64,000 bases of DNA from Kudoa neothunni. Taxonomy: Eukaryota; Animalia; Cnidaria. The stretch covers positions 6,869,731-6,933,730 of the forward strand of contig OZ199838.1 in NCBI GenBank assembly GCA_964304625.1. Reading direction: 5' to 3'. Each line of letters begins with the position of its first letter. Position 1 is the stretch's first letter. Of the stretch, positions 1 through 13,539 are shown one piece after another. Both the position numbers and the translations under genes were made by a program. The notes under the pieces are model-generated. The model was not told the DNA's origin. It did not search any database and was given only the letters and a program-made list of their open reading frames with translations.

Positions 1-1464
1 AACAATCAAAGGAGTAAATACGTCAGAGTGCTTTGATGTAGGCATATTGACTTCTTGAATCATCTCGGAGTTTCCAGCGGAGAATTCTTTATAGAGTAAA
101 TTAATATTTAATGAACGCTCGTGTTTATCGGCTGCAGGAAACTCATATTTTCTGAAGCAATTAAATATAATATCCTTTGAAACACCGTCCCATGTTTTAT
201 TAATTAGGAGCAATGTTTAAGCGAATCGTGGGAGGACGTATATATATCACTGCTAACTGCAGCAATATGGCTTTATATTAAATTATTTTTGTAATTATGT
301 TTGAATGAGCAAATGATTCCGTGGTCTAATATCTAATAGTTGCAAAACGCCTGTTGAATTTTTTGTGAGGAATATGAGAGAGATATTGGACAAATAAATT
401 TCGGCGTGGCAAGTGACATTATTAGGAAGTAGTAAACTCCCTTGTATTTTGTTCTGAATACATCGTTAAAATTAGAAAGATATTCCTTAAATGGCTCCCT
501 AGTTATCCATTCTTTCCTGTTTGATTTTTATTTTACTAGTAATGTTTTAGAATTTTCAAAACAACGTGGTTTTTGTGATTTCCAATCACAAGAGATTCAA
601 TGCAACCTCCAGGCATAGATGCACGTCGCAAAACAGTAACTATTTTTTTCGATTTTTTCCCCGCTAGACTTTTTTTCTCTCGACAAAGCATAGCATTAAA
701 AGTAATGGACCTCTGCTGTTAGTAAAATAGTACAGTTTCGTCATGGTTATAGATACAGTCATCTTGCTACCTTGACTTAGCCATTCAATTAAGATTACCA
801 ATTTTCTACAAAACTTTAGTCAACATAAATAACATCACCATGGGACGTGATATTTTTAAATTGCATCGTGATTTAAAACCAAGAAATCAATCATAGTCAT
901 TACTACGTTTAGGTTCAATTCTTTTGTCAATTGGTTTCTTTCATGTATATCATGAGCAGATAGTTCAACTTTTTTTCTCTCAAGGAGTTCACTCAGTCAT
1001 ATACTAAAGTATCTATGTCGTGATTTGAACACTGTTTAAAATGTTTTCTCTCTGAAGAAGCCAAGCTAGTTTATAGGATAAAACTCTATCTTTCTTTCTG
1101 ATCAAGATGATATCTAGAGTAGAAATAGAAAGGAGCTTAAATTTACGAAAAGTAGTTTTGATGCACTCCTGTTTAGTATACTTTAAAAAAATCAATAAAT
1201 TTATAGTTTAGTTTTATTATTTCCACATTTTTAAATTTCCCAGACATTATAAATGTAAAAAAGGCACACTACTAAATCCACCTATAGCTGAAGAGTTACG
1301 GAAATTCGGTCAAGCGCTAATAATAGGAAAAAACCACTTTTCAACGTTAAATTTTTAAACTTTTTGTAAATTATTATTAAAACCGACAAATAAATAGTTT
1401 AAAATATTTCAATAATATTTTAATGGAAGAAAGTCCGAAGTTACCGAAAATCGGTTACCTACTG
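1..1464 (-). mobile_element. Decayed pogo/Tigger-type DNA transposon, 5' end with TIR; runs off the window
   Basis: Minus-strand fragments LLLPNNVTCH..SNISLIFLTKNSTGVLQLLD and INKTWDGVSKDIIFNCFRK match Tigger DDE motifs. End CAGTAGGTAACCGA at 1464 is flanked by TA. Confidence 0.7.
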
Positions 1465-2371
1465 TAATTCATTATTGTTGATTAGAAGATTCGTTTATAT
1501 TAGTGTATAATGACTTTAATCATAATAATGAAAAGTTTTTTTTTCAATTTATTAGCCTAATTTCAGCTATAGAAAATTATTAAAAAATCAATAACGTTGA
1601 TTTTTATCTGGTAACAATTACTAACTTGCAACAACATATAGAATAACAGAAGTTATACGTTCAGACAATGTATAATTTTATCTTCAAAATTAAGTAACTA
1701 AATCAGTAAGTTACATGAGGAAAATAACTGAGAAAAACTGTCAGGACCAATTAGACTTCAAATTAAGACGATTAATTCAAAGTGCTTTCTTTTGTAACTA
1801 AAAGATATTTATAAAATTTGTAAATGTTTAATAAAAGTATTTATTCTATCTACAGGAGGATCCAGTTTTTAACCCAATAATAAATTCATATTTGATTAAT
1901 ATGAAAGCAAATCACTTTTCAGCCTAATTGTTGAGATGCCAAACAACTGCATTAACGTAACTATGTCCCCGTAGACTAGATTATCGATGACGTGATTGCC
2001 TCATGATATCTCAATTACGCAGAAGGTTTTAGAGAATTAACCTATTCATTTACAGGCAAGTATACAAATCCCATAAGAAAAATTTTAATAAAATATTTTT
2101 ATTTTGACGAAAAAATTCCCAATTTCATTCACAGATAGAAGTAATTCTATTAAAAATATTTACAAATTTAGAATCATATAAAACAACTTTTCAACCTTAA
2201 GCAGATTAAACTAATTTTTATAACTCTATTCACATATTAAGTTAATTTTTTAACATCTTGAATTTGGGAAATTCTATTAAGGTTCAAATTTCGTAAAACA
2301 TTAACTAATACAACAACGTCATACTAATAAAGATTATAAGTCGCAAAAATCTCGTTATAGATCGGGTTAAA

Positions 2372-5300
2372 ATGAGTGTTTCTGTATACAAGAACCTGAT
2401 TTAGTGATTTTCTTGTTTGTTAACAAATATCTAAATTCGACTAAAGTCACGAGAATATTCAAACAATTTCAATCTATGCAAAGGATGATCGAACAAACGA
2501 TGGAACGAATTGTTTAACAATTCAGAAAAATCTTGGTGAAATACGGGTTGAAAGTAGTTTTATTAATGATATTTTATGTAACTTTACGATTTTCAATAGG
2601 AAAACATGAAGATTTTTCAATAGAAACTGGTATACCTATAAAGGGTTTGATAGGAATGTTGAAATTTCCTCAAGGTGATTGACAGTTTAAACACAACATT
2701 TTAAACATTTAATTCTATCCACATCCGTAGGTATAATAATAATAGCTATAAAAGAATGTACACTCGTTGAAGTGTTGCTTGGTCACGAGATTTATAAGTT
2801 AAATAGCGTGGCAACATTTTGTTCGTTGAGTCCATTGTTTTCGTCATCTGAAATTGGCACATTGAAGCGTTTTGCTAATATTATCAAAGATTACTTTGAA
2901 AACACTCCCCAGTTTTATTTCTCATACACATTTAATCTCAGTACAAGTCTCCAAAAACAAAGCAATATCGATAAATCAACATCACCTTATCTTTTTAGTC
3001 AAGTATATATCGATCAATTGGTTCATATGAACTTTACATTTAAATTATTATTGTTTTTAGTGTATCCCCAAGTTTGTTTGGAATTATTCATTGTTGAAAG
3101 AGTTGGACAATGTTATTAAGACTGAGCAATTTTTTCTTCCGTTACTTCATGGGTGTAATTTTGTTGGTTTGTTTGCTATTTAATTTCATGTGATCAATTA
3201 AGTTATTGGACACTGCAATATTGAAACTAACAATGGCGCATGTCAGTTTTTCCTCATTTCTCGTAGATCCACAGAAAGAGCAGGTACGCGTGATACGTCC
3301 AAATTCAATGAGGCGTTGCCAATCGGCTTGTACAAATTTAATCCTGAATTGGCGCGCGTGCGCATCTTGGTGGGTTTTAATTTAAATCAAAATTGATTCA
3401 CATTTACAATTTTATGCAGAATCTAATTACACTATCCTGATGCATTTAACCCTTACGAGAAGGACGGGGTATTTTTGGAGCCCCAATTATTTTATGTTTC
3501 GAAATTTCTATTCTTACGTTTTTATTTCCTCCATTATTTTACGTTTAATCTATTAATACCAAACAAACTTTAAAATAAATTATCAACAATTATTTTTCTT
3601 ATAGGTATAAAATAACAAACTACTTTTTCAAAACCGAACAAATTGTATTTAGTGTTTAGAGGCCATTGAATCTCTTATGTTTATTGTCTATTTAATTTTA
3701 AGTAAGCATTAACAATAAAAAATTAGTTTTTACTTGAATAAAAGGAATAAGAGTTTGACTAAGTTGTGTTTTTATTTTCTACTGGAAGAATCAGACGAGC
3801 TTTGAGGTTATCCTGAGATTATTGTAAGACACAAGCGTTCTTGTTAGTATATTAATTTTGAAAGTATAGCTGCATTAAAACTTAATCGACAACCATGGAC
3901 TCCACGAGGCCCCCTGCGCAGTAAAACTGCTTAAAGTAACCTTAACTGTGGGTTTTTGAAGTCAAAATTTTATGCAAATTCGTGAAATCGTTTTTTCTAT
4001 TCATGAACAAAATTTGAATAAAAAATTTTTCCCACATTTTATGCCTAGACTAAGCTTCGCGTTAACAGTATTTAATACGTTTATGGCGCTGTGATTTAAA
4101 TTAATCCTAAAATCGCGGCACGATACATAATGGCAGAGTCTGATTTTTCATATGAATATTCATCTTCAGATACCGAAAGTGTTTGTTCCACTGAGCTGGT
4201 AGATTATTTGACTAATAATGAATCAGATGAAGAATTTGATTTTGGTTTAAACCGTAAGCAATGTTTATAGTTAAGGATATTTAATATTTCTTAAGTTCAA
4301 TCTGAAAACAATTTAAATGTAATAATCAACTTTAATAACAACAACAACAACAAAGAGTCGGCCCAGATAAGTGATAACGCAACCTGCAACAAAAATATTT
4401 GTACCTCAAAGGGTAAATCACTTGTTTGGACGTCACAATCTAAACTGGGAATAACCCCTGCGAACAATATTATTGATGACAATAGACTGATTGGAACACC
4501 TTTTATCACCTCATGAAATGGTGAATGATAGAAGAAATTATTCTCGACGCAAACAAAGAAGATTTTGAGGCACTTAATGAAAGATGGAAACCCTTAGATT
4601 TGAGTGAATTTCAAGCATTTTTGGAACTTTTATTACTTTCTGGAGCATACAAGTCTAATAATGAAGATACCAAAATTTTATGGCACGAAATTCATGGTAG
4701 ATTATTGTTTCGTGCAACAATGTCTTGTGACCGTTCCAATAAGATTTTGCTCTATCTTAGATTCGATAATTATCGGTTAAGAAGAAAAAACGTTAAGTCC
4801 GATGGCGTATTTTTACCAAAAAAAATGTATTCGAATCTTTTGTAAAAATTTGTAAGACAAGATATATTCCTGGATCTAATATCAGTTGTTAAACTGTTGT
4901 ATCCATTCGGAGGGCGATCGACGTTTTTGATTTGCATGCCCAAAAATCCATCTAAGTATGGTATAAAGTTTTGGATGGTATGCAACAGCGAAACACGCTA
5001 TGTTTCCAACATCATATCGTACATTGGTCAATAAAATGAGCACAGAGAGAAAATCTTGAGTTTTTAAGTTGTAACTGAGCTCACCGACCATTTACTTGAC
5101 TCACGTAGGAGCGTCACCCGTGATAGTTACTTCACAACTTGGAAACTTTCTGAGTATCTACAGCAACGTAAGACGTCGATCTATGGGACAGTTCGTAAGT
5201 GTAGGACATTCATTCCACCGAAATTCATGCCAAACAAATCAAAGCAAGAGTGTATTCGTCTTTATTTGGATTTTACAAACAATTCACACTCATATCGTAT

Positions 5301-8300
5301 GTTCCTAAGAAAAGCAAGGCCGTAATCATTCTATCATCAGAGCATCGGTCTAAAGAAATATGCCCTAAATTCCATGTAAAACCGAACGCGATACTTGATT
5401 ATAACATTAGTAAATGTGGAATTGGTACTGTTGATCAATGTATATCTACATACACTTGTAAACGAAAATCTAATCGTTGGTCTGTAGCAGTTTTTTGTCA
5501 TGTTATTGATTTAGCAGCCTTTAATTCTAATGTCGTTTATAAACAAAAAATTAACTCGACCAATAAAAAAGGGCAATGGCAGACTTCAGTTCTTGTTAGG
5601 TTTGGCCATCTCGATGATTAAACCACACCAAGTGAGAAGGGGTGAAAATTTAAAGGTCAGTTTCCAACCTGCAGTAAAACGTTTTCTTGAAATTGTTGGT
5701 TTCGATTTTTCAGATAAACAATCCTCTTTATCTCAAGATGGCATTACTGAAGAAAGGAAACGATGCAGATTCTGTCCTAAAGGTTTTCGACGAAGTAACA
5801 GACAAATTTTCACCAAATGCTCGTGCTATATGTGTAAAGAGCATTCGAAAAAAATATGTTGATTATGTTGATTGTGAACAATTTTAGTTTTTTTTGTTAT
5901 GTTATGTCTAGGTTTTATTCATCACTCATATCTTTCCTATGAATTACGGCGGGAGATTAAAAATAACATTGATCTTGATTTCAATAATTCGCACAATCTC
6001 TATTTAGAATGGGTGGGCTCGTCGAGCCTATGGTTGTCGAATGAGCCTTTGTATTAAGGGTATCGATTAAGAAGGGTTAATGTTTAATTTTGTTCCAACC
6101 TGGGTGGATTTCTTTTTACATCAGCGTTGATTTTTATCACAGGATAAAAATTATAATAGAAAAGGTAGTATTTTTAAGAGAAGGAATTATTCCTTCGATT
6201 TAATACTACAATAGCAAAATGAGATCAACGAAAACTTTTTAAAATATTTTTGCAGTGGCTGGTTTGTCGGTTGATCTTTCAGATGACAAATTCACTTGAA
6301 AATCAACCTTGACTTTTCCAACAATTAGTCAATAGCTTTATACAAGTATAACCTATATGTTTAAGGAATTGCTTGTTTATTCTCGCTTTTTTCTTCAAAG
6401 TAACGGCTACGAGTTGCTTATATTTTTTCCGACCTGGTTAAATATTTCTACAGTTGGGGGTTATTTTTATTTTTTAAGTAATAACTACATACAACAAATT
6501 TTTTTTCCAAGTGAGCGAATTAACTTGAAAACCCTGGGGTGCCTTAGGCACACGCGTACCTTTTTTGAGGGTTAATTATTTTGAGCGCGTATAAACGATA
6601 GCAACAAAAAAATTATCATAATTATCAACCCCACATGATGCACGGGATGAAATTATATGGGCCATCAAAATTTTACTCTACATGTGAGAATTAAACAATT
6701 TTAGGAACACGTTTTTTTAAACGAGGAGCGAATGGCGAAGGTGGCGTAGCTAATTTTGTTGAATCTGAGCACATTTTTATTACGTCTACCGAAGTGATGT
6801 CGTATGTTCAAGTAATTTACGTTGCGTTCGAAAAACTTAACAATATCAATCATTGCTCCGATTAGATAAGAGGATCAATTCCATTGGAGTGGATTCAAGT
6901 TCCTAATCTTGCCTATAGTCCTCCAATTAATATACTTAATCCAACAAGTAGTCATTTGAGAGTAAATTTGACACTAGCACAATATTCAAATCGTTCACAT
7001 TTCCATCTTATAGTTTTCATCACTAATTGCTCATTTTAATCAACTCATCTACGATTACAAAGATTTTATTGTTGTCAGCTTGATCGATACAAAAGGAAGA
7101 GAAAAAAAATTAGGTGACGCCTTCAACACTGGCGTTCAAGAATATTTCAAACAACATGCTCCCAACAAGTAAAAATGACAATTTTCAAAATTCTGCCCCT
7201 TATAATCTATTATATTATTTTTTTAGATATTTGGCATTTGACTTTCATCGAGAGTGTAAAAACATGAATTGGAAGGCACTCGATAGAATCATTCATCACA
7301 TTAGCAACACTTTAGATCAAATGAATTATTATTGTTGTTCTAAAAGCACAAACTCCACCGGTAATTGAACTGATTTTTAATCATTCAATTATGCGCGGCT
7401 TTAGTGCTTTATCAAACTGGAGTTGTTAGAACGAATTGTATTGATTGTCTTGACCGCACAAATGTTCTCCAGTCAATGATATCCAAATACATACTCAATC
7501 GACAGATGGAATCTCTAAGGATAGTTCCTTTAAATTCACAAAAAATGTCATATGACCTGAACAATTTGTGGGCCGACAATGCCGACTATATGTCGGTTCA
7601 ATATTCGGGTACTCCCGCTCTAAAAACGGATTTCACACGAACTGGAAAAAGAACCTTTAAGGGGTTGCTTTCGGATGGTTATTATTCACTTAAGCGTTAC
7701 TATTTAAATAACTTACATGATGGTGATAGACAAGTATGTGAGATATTTAATATTTAGTTATTGGTTGGAGGAGAATATTAGGTCGTACAAATTTAATACT
7801 TTGTTTGTAGTTTTTGATTACTTTTAGTTGTTTTTAAAGAATAGATTGTATTTTTAGTCTATAATTAGGAAACTGTTGATTATTAGATATTTTTTGCGTG
7901 CGCGAAAATAAATACGATTATTTTTGTACGGCCTAATAACAACCACAGTAAGTAACCGATAATACGCAGTCCAGCTGCGTGTGCCGTTTGACTGTTTTCC
8001 TTATTTTTCAGCATGGGTGTTATACCTTTTATTTAAATAGAATAAAAAAAAACGTTATTAAGATTATATGGCTGAAAAATAATTCTTAATTTTTGTTTTA
8101 ATCACATTTAATGGGAAAATATTTATATCCTTTTACATGGGGATAAAATTTAATAAATGATCAATTCTAAAATATTTTATATTTTTAACCCAAAATCTTT
8201 ATTTATGTGCTTCCATAACGTTCTTTAGTTGGCTACTAACATTGTCTTTAAAAAAATTAATTCTATTTTCATTTTCACGGAAATGATCATTTTTTGATAA

Positions 8301-9021
8301 GTGTCTCAAAAATTCAACTGTCAGAATTAAAAATTTCCCCTCCCTTCCAACGAAACAATGAATCTACGCGGTTTTGCCGAAAAGTGCGTATTATCTTCCA
8401 GTCACGTGATATAACAGATTGGTAATTTCGTAGTTTAATTCAAAAATATTTTTGAGACTTTTATCTTTTTACAATCAAAAATGTTATAAAACGTTTCACC
8501 GAATATAAACTTTGAATACATCGTATCGATGAAAATGCGTAATATCGGTTGCCTACTGTAACACGGTTTTATTTCATTATTTAAATTGCTTAAAATTTAA
8601 ATAATAAAATAAATAAATAAATAGGACCAAATCGATCTGTCTCAAAAAAGACATCCAGTATTCTATGATCCCACCTACTACAAAAATACGCGTTCATCTG
8701 GCTATCTTATATATATTGTAAGTGTTATTTTGTATATGAATCGATATTTCATATTTCTTTGCAGGTGCTCATTTTGAATCTTTTATCCTCGAGTATAATA
8801 CTCAAAAACATTTTCTTCTCTGATAACAGTAACGATTATTTGACTAGATTATAGTTTTCATGAATTGTACTTTTTTAGTTTTAATGGAACGCCTGAAGAA
8901 GATTTCTGTATGGGCTACAGTGTTGTTTTTTGGAATGTTTATATTGAGAAGAAATTCACACCTTTTTATTTCCATTCCTCAATCCTATTATTTCTATAAA
9001 GAAAAGAAAAAACCCCACTAA
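2372..9021 (+). CDS. SAC1: SAC1 phosphatidylinositol-4-phosphate phosphatase, 14 exons
   Basis: Spliced product MSVSVYKNLIYH..LISRRSTERAGTRFFKRG..ANFVESE..RTNCIDCLDRTN (CX5R)..GTPALKTDFTRTGKRT, two hydrophobic segments, ends KKPH (KKXX). Introns 2404-2446, 2554-2599, 2675-2730, 3003-3060, 3155-3202, 3284-6704, 6812-6865, 6962-7012, 7169-7227, 7361-7404, 7734-8624, 8718-8764, 8829-8878. Confidence 0.93.
3450..6571. mobile_element. Outer non-autonomous piggyBac-type shell enclosing the 3880-6076 element
   Basis: TTAA|CCCTTACG at 3450 and GAGGG|TTAA at 6571. The ends are only loosely similar; the left end resembles the TIR at 40579. Confidence 0.5.
3880..6076 (+). mobile_element. Frameshifted piggyBac (PGBD4-like) element in SAC1 intron 6
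   Basis: ORF pieces FRATMSCDR..LRFDN, PSKYGIKFW, DYNISKCGIGTVDQ..RW and Cys-rich tail RCRFC..CSCYMCKEH. Right end AAGGG|TTAA at 6076. Subterminal TCGACAACCAT repeats near 3885 and 6030. Confidence 0.85.
7776..7938. mobile_element. mariner-type MITE in SAC1 intron 11
   Basis: TIRs TATTAGGTCGTACAAA / TTTGTACGGCCTAATA; related ends at 33940-34193 and about 3321/6667. Confidence 0.7.
7946..8558. mobile_element. pogo/Tigger-family MITE in SAC1 intron 11
   Basis: TIRs CAGTAAGTAACCGATA / TATCGGTTGCCTACTG|TA, same family as the end at 1464. Confidence 0.75.
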
Positions 9022-9519
9022 TCACTGTTATAAACAACTACATCAGTTTTACTACCAATCGCTTTAATTAGATAAATAACATTTGTGGTTATAGTTTAAA
9101 CTCTCTTCTTGCGCATGCGCACAAGCGTTCTTGAAAATTTATGTTTGCTGGTAGTGGAATAGAGCATGGGCAAGCTTTGTGGTATTATAATGAAACGCCT
9201 CGAAAAATATAGTGATCAATGCAGGGCGGAATTCTACGCAATCCCGGGTACCACTGCGTACAAAGCTCGTACATTCAAGTACACAAATATTATTAAATAA
9301 ATCCATTAATTTTTTAATTATTTACACCAATAACAAAATTTCTTAATATCAACATAGGCTCGCCACTATTACGGTTGCAGTTGCCTATGCGACGTACAAC
9401 TATAAAGAATTCAAACACCGTCAACTGGACAAAAAATTTGGAAATAATTTGGGATTTAGCACCAGGAAAAACTGTAAATGTTTCGCATGTCTTATAAACA
9501 CGTTGTAATGAATTGTTTA

Positions 9520-10147
9520 TTAAAAAAATTTTATCAAACTGTATATTTTTTGGCGTAAATTTTCGTTTCCAACTCGCACCAACACCTTATCCAATAAAGA
9601 ACGATATAATTGTTTGGCTTGTTCCAATTTTGATTCGTCCATACAGATTTTTTTATCAGATCTGGCAGTAAAATTTTCTAGGTTCCTTTCGATTTGAAAA
9701 TATCCAATTTGATCAGCTAGTGTTTCGTTATCGGTGTAAAAGTTGAGGTTAGGTTTTGGTTGTTGTTGGTTGCTTGTTAATAGTTGGAGTAAATCATTAA
9801 ACTTTTGAAGGTACATATTAGTTTGGTGAGGTTTTGAGTCGATAGCATTATTGTTGCTACTAAATTTACAATATGAGCAAGTTGGGGAACAATTGATAAC
9901 AAACCTACATGAGGTTGTCTAGCAGACATTTGAGAATACCTAAATCACTCCCCATGTCGTAATGGATTTTGTAAAATTCTTCGAAATATTTTTGAGACAA
10001 ATGATCCCTTCTTTCTTTAGCTCCACTGGCATACCCTGCCTATAATTGTTTGTTACCATAACAACACTACTTTCTCCACAAAACCTTATACATAGCATTG
10101 AATGCTTTATTCGAATCCATATGAGTCATAGTGTCGTCATCACTCAT
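9520..10147 (-). CDS. Three-exon gene, probable divergent YAE1-like Fe-S targeting factor
   Basis: MSDDDTMTHMDSNKAFNAMYK|AGYASGAKERRDHLSQKYFEEFYKIHYDMGSDLGILKCLLDNL splices into ORF 9520-9816. GYxxG..QxxFxxxY spacing resembles the Yae1 N domain. Gene model is solid, identity is tentative. Confidence 0.5.
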
Positions 10148-11032
10148 TTTATGAAATTAATGATTATGTTATGTTGTGCGTTCGAATGTTATTATGCGAT
10201 CACGTGATAAACGAATTCACTTTTATAGTCTTGTTGATTCCAGATTATTTTCAATGAAATAAGAAATTCGGATAATTTTTAAATTTATGCAATATACATA
10301 ACGCTAGGTTCAGAAAAACATTTTTATGCTGTTATTTTGAAGTTTTTTTTATGATAATTAGTATATTTTTTGATGTTTATGTATTTATAACTTTCTATTG
10401 AATAAATTGAACGCACACGCCAATATCTTTTAATTAATATTTTGGTCGTATATGTAATCTATATGAAGGATTTTTACTACATATGGTTGTATAAATTTCG
10501 GGTTTTAATGTGCATAGGGGAGAAACTGGTTGATAGCTTCTGAAATAATTTTCTCCGTTTTTTGTCTTACTTTTTAAGAATAATGCTAGATAGTCTCATA
10601 ATAAAATTAATCTCCTATAAATCTTATTTAAATCAGTTTTAAATATATTTTGATCAATTATTGATTTCCTCGCCATAAATAATCTTATCTTCAGACACAG
10701 CTAAGGGATTATGTCATTAGCATGTACTGGCGTTAAAAAAAAAATTTAAGCCATTATTTCTTTATGAAGTTACTTCTGAATATTATAAATTATAATAAAA
10801 TACATTAACAACAAGATTTTCAGACTGACATTAAATGACAATGAGAATTAACTCCATTTGATTCTTAGAATCAATATCTATATCATAAAAGTGCTTTATT
10901 AGCATAAAACGATAAGCAAACATTTAATAAAAATAATCTGGTTTTTTCGTATAAACTTTCGAAAGCTCCTAATGCGCAATTGAAGTGGTTTTCAATTTAT
11001 TACACATTGCCTAAGAATACTGAAATTATTTT

Positions 11033-11833
11033 TCAATTCTCCATACTAATCTTAATAATTTCTACACTGCTTTCTTCATCCACCAACAAAACTTCACATT
11101 TCATTTTCCAATTTTGCAAATATTCATAGAAACATAGAGTTAACCTATAAATTGATTAAAGAACGATCAAACACCACTAACGACTTACTCTCTCACCTCA
11201 TAGGATATGATAATATCAACTTTTGGATTGAGTTTAAGAAAATAATGAAACAACATAAATATATTATTAAAATGATTGCAAGTAGTGTATTTTGAATTAT
11301 CTTCGTATGTTTCATAGAATAAGTCGGATGCGAATATTATATCGAATAGAAATCGGTTGGATTTTTGTTCGTATTTACACAAATTGCTGAAAATCAAATG
11401 TGAATTCCAATCACATTCGATAAAATTGCTTTTATCCGTCGGTAAAAAGTTGGTTTCAACATTATTTCGACATAATTCCAGGGTTTTATCCATAAAACTT
11501 ATGCAAATATCGTTATTTATCTTCCAACATAGAATTCCTATTAGTCCGGTACCACATCCCATCTTTATTGCTCATGAAAAACGAATAATCAAAAACTTTT
11601 ACATCTAGTATTATATTCGCATCCTTAAGATATTTGTATTGGTTTTTTATGAGAAAGTTGGCCAAAGTCTTCGCACATTTCCATGTAAATTGTGAGTGTT
11701 CAAACGAAAAATTCTTTGCAATCCAATTATAAAAATTAAAATGATTGTCAACAACTTCTCTCAGGACTACGGAAATTTTTTCTTCAACACCAACCTCGAA
11801 TTCATAAGCTAGGGTGTCTCCCTGTTCCTCCAT
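11033..11833 (-). CDS. METTL23-like (Methyltransf_16 family) SAM-dependent protein methyltransferase
   Basis: FTWKCAKTLANFL, ILD|MGCGTGLIG (motif I), ECDW, FDIIFASDLFYE; three short introns; TGA at 11033. Confidence 0.8.
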
Positions 11834-11859
11834 TTCAATGTCTGCGCATCACCTTAAGC

Positions 11860-12180
11860 CAGGGGTCGGAAACCTATGGCTCGCAGAAAAATTTTCAATT
11901 TAAAAAAATGTTTCGTTAAACTTCTTTGTGCATATGCGAAACGATCACTACGGGAAGTCGGTTATTTACTGTATCACACATTGCAGCGTGCGAGTATTGC
12001 TGTAATGACAACGTTTGGCTCTACGTACGTATGCGAGCAGCCTTTCTACATCTAAAAAACATTAAGACCAAATGCAGCCACGTTTAACGGATGGAAGTCT
12101 CAACGCGTGCATGAGGCTTAATCTTACCACGTAATAACCAGACTACGAAACCATGCAGAACCAAAAGTCGCATTGATGAT
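11860..12180 (+). mobile_element. hAT (Charlie/SPIN, GTF2IRD2-like) deletion derivative
   Basis: TIR CAGGGGTCGGAAACC at 11860, then a transposase C-terminus (TTFGSTYVCEQ..RLTDGSLNACMRL..QKSH*). Confidence 0.7.
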
Positions 12181-12255
12181 GAGGAATATTCTTCATTGAT
12201 TAGCAAAAGCGTAACAATGCTATTAAAAAGAATTTAGTGACTTTTTTTACTTTAA

Positions 12256-12756
12256 CCCACTAGGGATTCTTGGGTGAAATTCATCCCAAACAAGTTTTAA
12301 TCCTACCATATATTCTTTCATTATTTTTTAATGCGTATGAAATTATTTCTATACCTGTAAATTTATTTTATGTAAAATTTGTAAAAGTTTGGGGTGAGTT
12401 TCATTCCGCCATAATTTTTCCTTAAATATTCATTCAAAAAATGTGCTAATTGTTCAAAATGAATTCTATCTTGGTTCATCATATTAAAAAAATTAATTGA
12501 AAAATTAAAAGAAAATAAATTGTTTTACTTTTATGCGTTATCGAAAAATTGGCGACGTATTCAGTTGCAGAATAAGGTTTTATAAGAATTAATAATGTTT
12601 GTAATGAAACTTTTCTTCTGTATGTGATTTTTCAAATCATAATATTTTACATTAAATTTATCACATTTTTTTGTTTAAATGTATATATATAGATAACTCT
12701 GGAGTGAATTTCACCTCAAAATCTTTGGAGGTAATGAATTTTTTGATACCTTAGAG
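12256..12756. mobile_element. piggyBac-type MITE abutting a hAT TIR
   Basis: TTAA|CCCACTAGGG start and three GGGTGAAATTCAYCC-like palindromes; CAGTGTTTCCCAACC hAT end begins at 12757. Confidence 0.5.
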
Positions 12757-13539
12757 CAGTGTTTCCCAACCTTTTTTAGCCGTGACCCATATATTTTCAA
12801 CGAAATATCCGGTGATCCACGTAAATATTGTAAATGTTTACCAGAATTGAAAGTTATTTTTTAAATTATACTTATATTTAGAATTATATATGATAATTTA
12901 AATTGTATACTTTATCATTATTATTTTTACTCCGTTAATCTAAAAATGTTATTTAGCCCTAATTTTATTAGACTTATGAAGTAATAATATTTCACTTGAA
13001 ACCAATACTATTAAACCATCAAGACATTTCGTTATCGATATATCATTAGGTTTTTAATGATTTTCGTGATATTCGCGCACTTTAATTATTTTATATATAA
13101 TTTTTCTGTTTGTAATATTTATTACTAATTATTTTTACAAAATTTGTTTTTGGGCTCAATGATACCATCAATAAAAATTTAAAAATTATCAGTATTTGTT
13201 AACATTTTTCCTCCACATTCAATGCAATGAACACAAAATATGTTTTTATTTATAATTTCTCTCTATCCATATAAAACATTAAGTAACATATTTAGCATAA
13301 TTTAATAATTTAAAATTTTCATTTTCAATGTCTTTCAGATACGCAATTTCAGAATAATCGGTAGTTCATTCTAATTCATGCAAGTGGGCATGCTTCATTC
13401 ACAATATATTGATTCTTGGTGTAAAATATGTTTTCTTTCTACATATGGTACATAATCAATATTAGAATTTGATTTTTAAAAAAATTTGGTTTTTTATTTT
13501 TTTGTAATTAATTTTAGAATTAGAAAGAGAATACTAGTT

